Made by a program: the position numbers and the translations under genes. A model generated the notes under the pieces. That model did not search any database, was not told the DNA's origin, and saw only the letters and a program-made list of their open reading frames with translations. DNA of 40,816 nt, from NCBI GenBank assembly GCA_001724265.1, contig MEDY01000281.1, positions 1 through 40,816 on the forward strand, given 5' to 3'. Shown piece after piece: positions 36,601 through 40,816 of the stretch. Origin of the DNA: Rhizaria sp. SCN 62-66. Taxonomy: Eukaryota. Position 1 is the first letter of the stretch. Each line of letters opens with the position of its first letter.

Positions 36601-39078
36601 GCCGCCGCGCGCGCCCGCGTCAGCCATGCGCCACAGCCAGCTCACGCGGTCGCCCGCGGCCGCAGTGGCGCCAGGGTTACCGCCAACGGCCGCCAGCAGC
36701 GCGTCGCGGCACTCACGCACTGCCGAGGCCGCCGCGTTTGACCCAGCACGCGTGCCCGCTGCACCCGCGCCGAGCCCCAGCGCTGGCCCCGAAGCGCCGC
36801 GCGCTTCTGCGTCTGCGCTTGCGCTCGTCGTCGCCACACCGCCAGTCGAGCTGCCCGCCGCAGCGGCTGCCGCTGCTGCGCTGGCATCCGTGTCGGCCGC
36901 GAGCGCGGCGACGGCGGCGTCGCACGGCGCGTTGATGTTGGTCACCGTAAGGGCGCCCTCGTCGGCCGCGGCAGAGGGGTACAGAGAGAGCAGGCCTGTG
37001 GCGAGACCGCCGCCGCCGCCTGCGCCGCCCGCAGCAGCCGTGGCCGCAAGTGCTGCAGGCAGGGACGCGCCGAGGGCTGTTGCGCCGTTGGTGTCGGTGA
37101 ACGGCACTGCTAGCACGCCGCCGACCCATGGGCGCGGGGCAATCGAGCTCAGCAGCGGCTGTGCAGCGCAGTGAGACTGGGACTGCTGCTCTGGCACAGA
37201 CTGCGAGTGTACCTGCAGCTTTAGCTGCGTGTGGTGAGGCTGAGGCGGCAGTGATTGCGCGTCAGGTGGCGCGAGCAGAGACTGCGACTGGAGCTGGCTC
37301 TGGGCAGTGTTACCAGCACGGCTGCCATGGTTATAGCTGTTGCCCATAACAAGAAGGGGAATCGTGGACTGAGCACTTGCGCTAGCGCTGGCGCTGTGGT
37401 GGTTGTCACTGGCCGCAATGCGAGCGGCCCACGCAGCCTCTTTTGCCTTGGCCTTTGCTTGAGCGGCAATTTCGTCGCCGCTGACGTCAACATCACCAGT
37501 GCTCGGTAGGCCTGCTTGTACAGCGCTAGCTGCCACCAATGCGCTGCTACTGCTGCTTGGGTTCATTTGCACACCGGTGCTTGTTGTCGCAAGCACACCT
37601 TCTTCTTTCTCATCACCTTCGTAGCTGTTGTCTCGGTCACGCATCGGGGTTTGCGCGGACTGCGTGGCGGCATGCGCAACGCAGCTCTGCTTCAGAGCAC
37701 GCGTGTCAAGCCACACATCGCCGCCGAGCGAGACTAATGTGCTGACACCCTCGCTCGACTCAACCGATGAGTCTCGAGCCGTGCTTGATTCACGATTTCT
37801 GTTCACACCCGCTTGATTGCCACTGCTTTCAGCATCTTCCTTGTTGTTATTGTATAGCTCATGCAGCCTGCGCCAGTGCGTGCGCGGGGCCGCCTCTGGC
37901 ACGGCAGCCGCAAGCGGCACATCCGCGGGTAACCCGTAGCTGCGCACTGCCACGGACAAGTCGTCGCCGCTGATGCCGCCGCGCATGCACACAGTCACCG
38001 CGCCTGCGCCCGCGCTATCGCCTGCGCTGCTGCTGCTAGCAGTGGCCGTGGGCTGAGAGGAAGTCGGAGGCTGAGGCTGAGGCAGGGGCAGCGACAACGC
38101 GCGCCCCGGTCCGGGGCCGACCGACGGCAGGACTAGCGACGTCACGGCCGCCAGCGCGTCAGAGAGCCTTGCTGTCAGCGCGAGCGAGGCTGGGGGAAAA
38201 AGCTGCGGCGCAGTCACGACGCTTGCTGCACCGGGGCCGGCGTAGGCGCCTGCTACGACGCCAGTGTACGCGTCGCCTGCACAGCTGTATACGGCGCCGG
38301 TCGCGTCTGACGGCAAAGATAGCAAGGCCGAGTCAAACAAAGTGCCGACGCCGCTGGTTCCAGCGCGCTGCCGCTGCAAAACCTGCTGCGGACGCGCAGA
38401 GTGGCCGTTACTTTGATGCTGTTGCTGCGTTTGCCGTTGCTCCAGCCGAATCTGCTGTTGCTCTTGCTGCTGGCTTTCGCTCTCTTGCTCGCGCTACCAC
38501 TGCGCCTGCGCGGCCGTTAGATCAAGCGAGTAGCTGTTTGCGCGGCGATTTTCCATTGCAGCGTACGTGCGGAAGGGCGCGAGACGCTTCGAGGCGAGCG
38601 GCACGCACTCACAATACTTGGCGGACCAGCCGTCGTAGCTCACCCACGCGCTCTCCACGCCCAGGCGGTCAATGCGCGCGAAGTACCACGTGTTGGTGTT
38701 GTCCATGCAGTCAACCACGCTGCCTTCGCGCAGACCCGCGCGCCAGCGGGCGTCTCGCGCGGCGGCCGAGGCCGCGGCGGAGGCTGCGGCGGGCGGCAGC
38801 GGCAGTGATAGCGGAAGGGGCGGCGGCGGAGGCAGGCTCCACAGAGGTACAAGCGCAACCGCGGCGGGAAAGGTGCGTGAGTCGGAGCAAGATGGCGGAA
38901 GCGACAGCCATGACTGTGTTAAAACCGCGTTTGACAAAGGCGCAGGAGCAGCGACTGAAACGACCGGTGCCGCCGGTGCTGGAGCCAGAGGGGTAGTTTC
39001 AGCGGCAGGGGAGGCAGCGGCCGCAGCAGGCGCACTATGAGGCCCAGAAAGCTATGAAATCGCCGAGCGGGGGTGCAT
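9826..39078 (-). CDS. Giant (~9,750 aa) HECT E3 ubiquitin ligase, HERC1/HERC2/HECTD4-like; 5 internal TAG read as sense
   Basis: Track ORFs 38494..38937, 33247..38379, 15493..33183, 14920..15483 and 9826..14847 share one frame (all left ends = 1 mod 3). I translated each gap and found only TAG at 39052, 38494, 33247, 15493 and 14920. Candidate ATG at 39076-39078 (AAC ATG). TAA at 9826-9828 follows a complete HECT C-terminus. Confidence 0.85.
14920..14922 (-). other. In-frame TAG, sense codon or the 3' end of a 48-nt intron
   Basis: Context MSIL*LTGIAQ. The segment 14967->14920 also reads GTAAGT...TTCTGTAG (48 nt, frame-preserving). Confidence 0.5.
15493..15495 (-). other. In-frame TAG, putative sense codon
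   Basis: CGC GTT GGC GCC TAG CGC TGG GGC GTG. GC-rich on both sides, with no good splice signals. Confidence 0.8.
22483..22665 (-). other. Agenet/Tudor-like domain, copy 2
   Basis: FLRSLRPGHLVDARDLHGKWFFARVVSVHAAAVRVTFDGWRNNFDETIPFALADRIAPFGT. Confidence 0.75.
30301..30438 (-). other. Tudor-like domain
   Basis: AGTEVRARWNSGSFYPAIVRAVNADGSYQVTFQDGDLGVSVPADCV matches the G..V.A.W....Y.A.I.......Y.V.F.DG pattern. Confidence 0.75.
32539..32670 (-). other. Cys-rich putative zinc-binding module
   Basis: CAVC...YSCKCSHCDSHPTVVCEPC contains three CxxC pairs. Confidence 0.45.
33247..33249 (-). other. In-frame TAG, putative Gln
   Basis: AGT CAG TAG CAG CGC = SQ*QR, directly flanked by two CAG Gln codons and followed by SQPQQQR. 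Confidence 0.85.
38494..38496 (-). other. In-frame TAG, putative Gln
   Basis: Context AQAQW*REQESESQQQEQQQIRLEQRQTQQQHQ. Confidence 0.82.
38563..38745 (-). other. Agenet/Tudor-like domain, copy 1
   Basis: WRAGLREGSVVDCMDNTNTWYFARIDRLGVESAWVSYDGWSAKYCECVPLASKRLAPFRTY aligns by eye with copy 2. Confidence 0.75.
39052..39054 (-). other. In-frame TAG at codon 9 after the candidate ATG
   Basis: ATG CAC CCC CGC TCG GCG ATT TCA TAG CTT TCT GGG. It could alternatively be a splice acceptor (TTTCATAG). Confidence 0.55.
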
Positions 39079-40143
39079 GTTATAGTGCCCGCAATAGCTC
39101 TAAGTTGGGGTTTGACGATACTCCTTGGTGAAGGAGCTGCACTCGCGAGAGCGACGAGGAAGTGATGAGCAACGGCAAGTGAGGGAGGGCAATGTTCAAG
39201 TGTGCATTGCGATAGAAACATCACAGTTTCAAGTTGGCTGTTTATATTATAACATACAGTTAAACCGTGCTGATACATATCTTACATTGATATCTATTTC
39301 AACGATATAAATATTGTGAGATGGTTCGTAAAAGAGACAGGCGGGGGAAGTCGCCTGTTGCGTTGAGTCTGTGCAACGTGTGACCGTGTTTTTAGGAACC
39401 AGTAAGCGCACCAACCTGCACTGCACCATTTGACTTGACCGATGCTCGCGAACTTGGTCGAAACGGCAGCGAGTACCTCGAAACAACGCGAACGTCGTTA
39501 ACGTTAAAGAAACGTCGCTTGATTTACCACCGACGTTTTGTTGCTTGCATATGTATTTGTGTTTGAAAAGGCGTTGGTCTTTCGTGTTTTCTGCAAGACA
39601 TTGTGCGAGCCGTCCCAATCACTGAATCTAGCACTTCGATCATCTGCTTCCAGCTAGGCCAGCGAGGTCAAACAAGCACCTATGGAGGCTCTACTAGCGT
39701 TTTCGAATAATAAGTCTAGCGATGTATACGCTCATCTTGTGTTTATGTGCTGCATGGGTTGGCTTTGCTGACTGAGTGAGCCCAGCGGCGGTGACGCGGT
39801 TCGCACACTCCGTTCTTCGCCCTTGCCGCGACACCACGCCTCGTGTCATATACCTTTTGCTACCAACAATAGCGCCTACCGCAGAGACAGACCAGGTCTA
39901 TTTCTACAACTTCCCAGCATTTTTTTGCTTACACTGTAAACTGCCGATTGCTCTATCATTTTGCGCATACTACACCAACCACAACGACTCGACGACGAAC
40001 AACGACTCTCACCACTCACTCACGTGCCACACCTTTGACTTCTCAATTCTCACCTTCTCACAAAAACCAACGTTTTATCAATACGCGGTTCTTGCTGCTC
40101 CCCCGCCTTCTGCGCGCGCGCTTTAGCTTTCGTTCCACGCCCG
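39079..40143. promoter_or_regulatory. Divergent intergenic region, probable shared promoter/5' UTR region
   Basis: About 1.06 kb of lower-GC DNA between the head-to-head HECT gene (-) and Aha1-domain gene (+). No specific element was identified. Confidence 0.45.
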
Positions 40144-40582
40144 ATGAGTTGCCCACAGTGCCGCGTTCCGAGTGACGAAGAGCACCTCGCCTCTGGCTGG
40201 CACAAGTTCAACATGCGCCTCACGGCCGAGGGCAAGATGCCCATCATGCTCGACAACTACCTCCGCTTTGAGAAGCCCAAGGAGGACGCCGCCGCCGCGG
40301 GCCTCGCCACGCCGGTCGGCGCCGCCGAGGGCGTCGCGACGTACTTGGAACTCAACAAGCGCAACGTCAACCAGTGGCACTGGGAGGAGACGGACCACAC
40401 GGAGTGGGCCAAGGCACGCATGAGCGAGCTCTTCGACGGGCTCGAGGTTGCGCTCGGCGACGGCGCCCCCAAGATCACGTTCACGGGCGTCACTGAGTTC
40501 GCTGGCGACGCTTTCACGCATATCCGCAAAGCCAAGTTCTCTGCCGGCTACGAGCTCTCGTTCGGGCTCGACTGGAAGGCCG
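40144..40582 (+). CDS. Exon of an Aha1-family Hsp90 ATPase activator N-domain protein with an N-terminal Rei1/ZNF622-like C2H2 finger; 3'-partial
   Basis: NVNQWHWEETDHTEWAKARMSELF...GDAFTHIRKAKFSAGYELSFGLDWK matches Aha1_N (NxNNWHW and RKxK motifs). Strong GC3 bias ends at the donor G|GTACGT. Confidence 0.85.
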
Positions 40583-40770
40583 GTACGTTGCGCTGTTTAT
40601 TTCGCCATATTATACTGCAACGTGTTTTTATGAACTTTTGTGTTGTGTTTTATTTGAGGCTTTGGCATTGCCAAATTATCGTAGCGCTTTGGCATTATGT
40701 AATATGAATAAGCTCTTCGCTCACTGCTTTCTTTCTTTGTCACTTTATTTCTTGTTGTCGCTTTGTGTGC

Positions 40771-40816
<46 letters not shown>
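40583..40816 (+). other. Spliceosomal intron, 5' part
   Basis: GTACGT donor followed by an abrupt switch to T-rich sequence in the middle of the Aha1_N domain. Confidence 0.75.
40764..40816. repeat. (GT)n microsatellite running to the window end
   Basis: Perfect (GT)19 at 40779-40816 with imperfect GT units upstream. Confidence 0.95.

Noticed and set aside
9925-38996. Numerous short alternative-frame and antisense ORFs in the track
   Set aside because: These are expected from stop-codon scarcity in high-GC coding DNA and have no recognisable motifs.
6119-39054. Pyrrolysine decoding of TAG
   Set aside because: This is a eukaryotic context with no pyl genes in the window, and the sites are in Gln-rich linkers rather than catalytic positions.
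9826-39078. Five separate genes, or a pseudogene
   Set aside because: All segments share one frame with only TAG breaks, no AT-rich spacers lie between them, and the catalytic HECT end is intact.
39337-39358. Hairpin ACAGGCG-N8-CGCCTGT
   Set aside because: A 7-bp stem is within chance expectation and has no supporting context.
40583-40707. ORF-track C-terminal extension TLRCLFRHIIL... of the Aha1-type protein
   Set aside because: It is read-through into an AT-rich intron after the GTACGT donor.
40779-40816. Terminal GT run as a telomere
   Set aside because: It is a simple dinucleotide microsatellite inside an intron of an unfinished gene.

Overview
GC-rich eukaryotic (protist-like) genomic DNA with short AT-rich intergenic spacers and Ala-rich, low-complexity proteins. 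The main signal is a probable non-standard nuclear genetic code. The long minus-strand ORFs in the track are not separate genes: they fall into two sets of strictly same-frame segments joined only by single TAG codons. Reading TAG as sense (most likely Gln, from the Q-rich contexts) gives two uninterrupted genes. One is a ~9,750-aa HERC/HECTD4-like HECT E3 ubiquitin ligase (39078->9826, 5 internal TAG, TAA stop right after the HECT C-terminus). The other is a ~2,010-aa signal-peptide-bearing low-complexity/coiled-coil protein (8947->2915, 2 internal TAG). No internal TAA, TGA or frameshift occurs in either, so TAG appears uncoupled from TAA. Short introns could explain two of the seven sites, and a splice acceptor may explain a third. 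The window also holds the 3' part of a divergent WD40 (possibly Cdc20/Fizzy-like) gene, an unresolved coding-like island at ~2.0-2.45 kb, and the first exon of a gene fusing a Rei1/ZNF622-type zinc finger to an Aha1 N-terminal domain, followed by an intron with a (GT)n repeat. All family assignments are by-eye motif recognition, not database searches.
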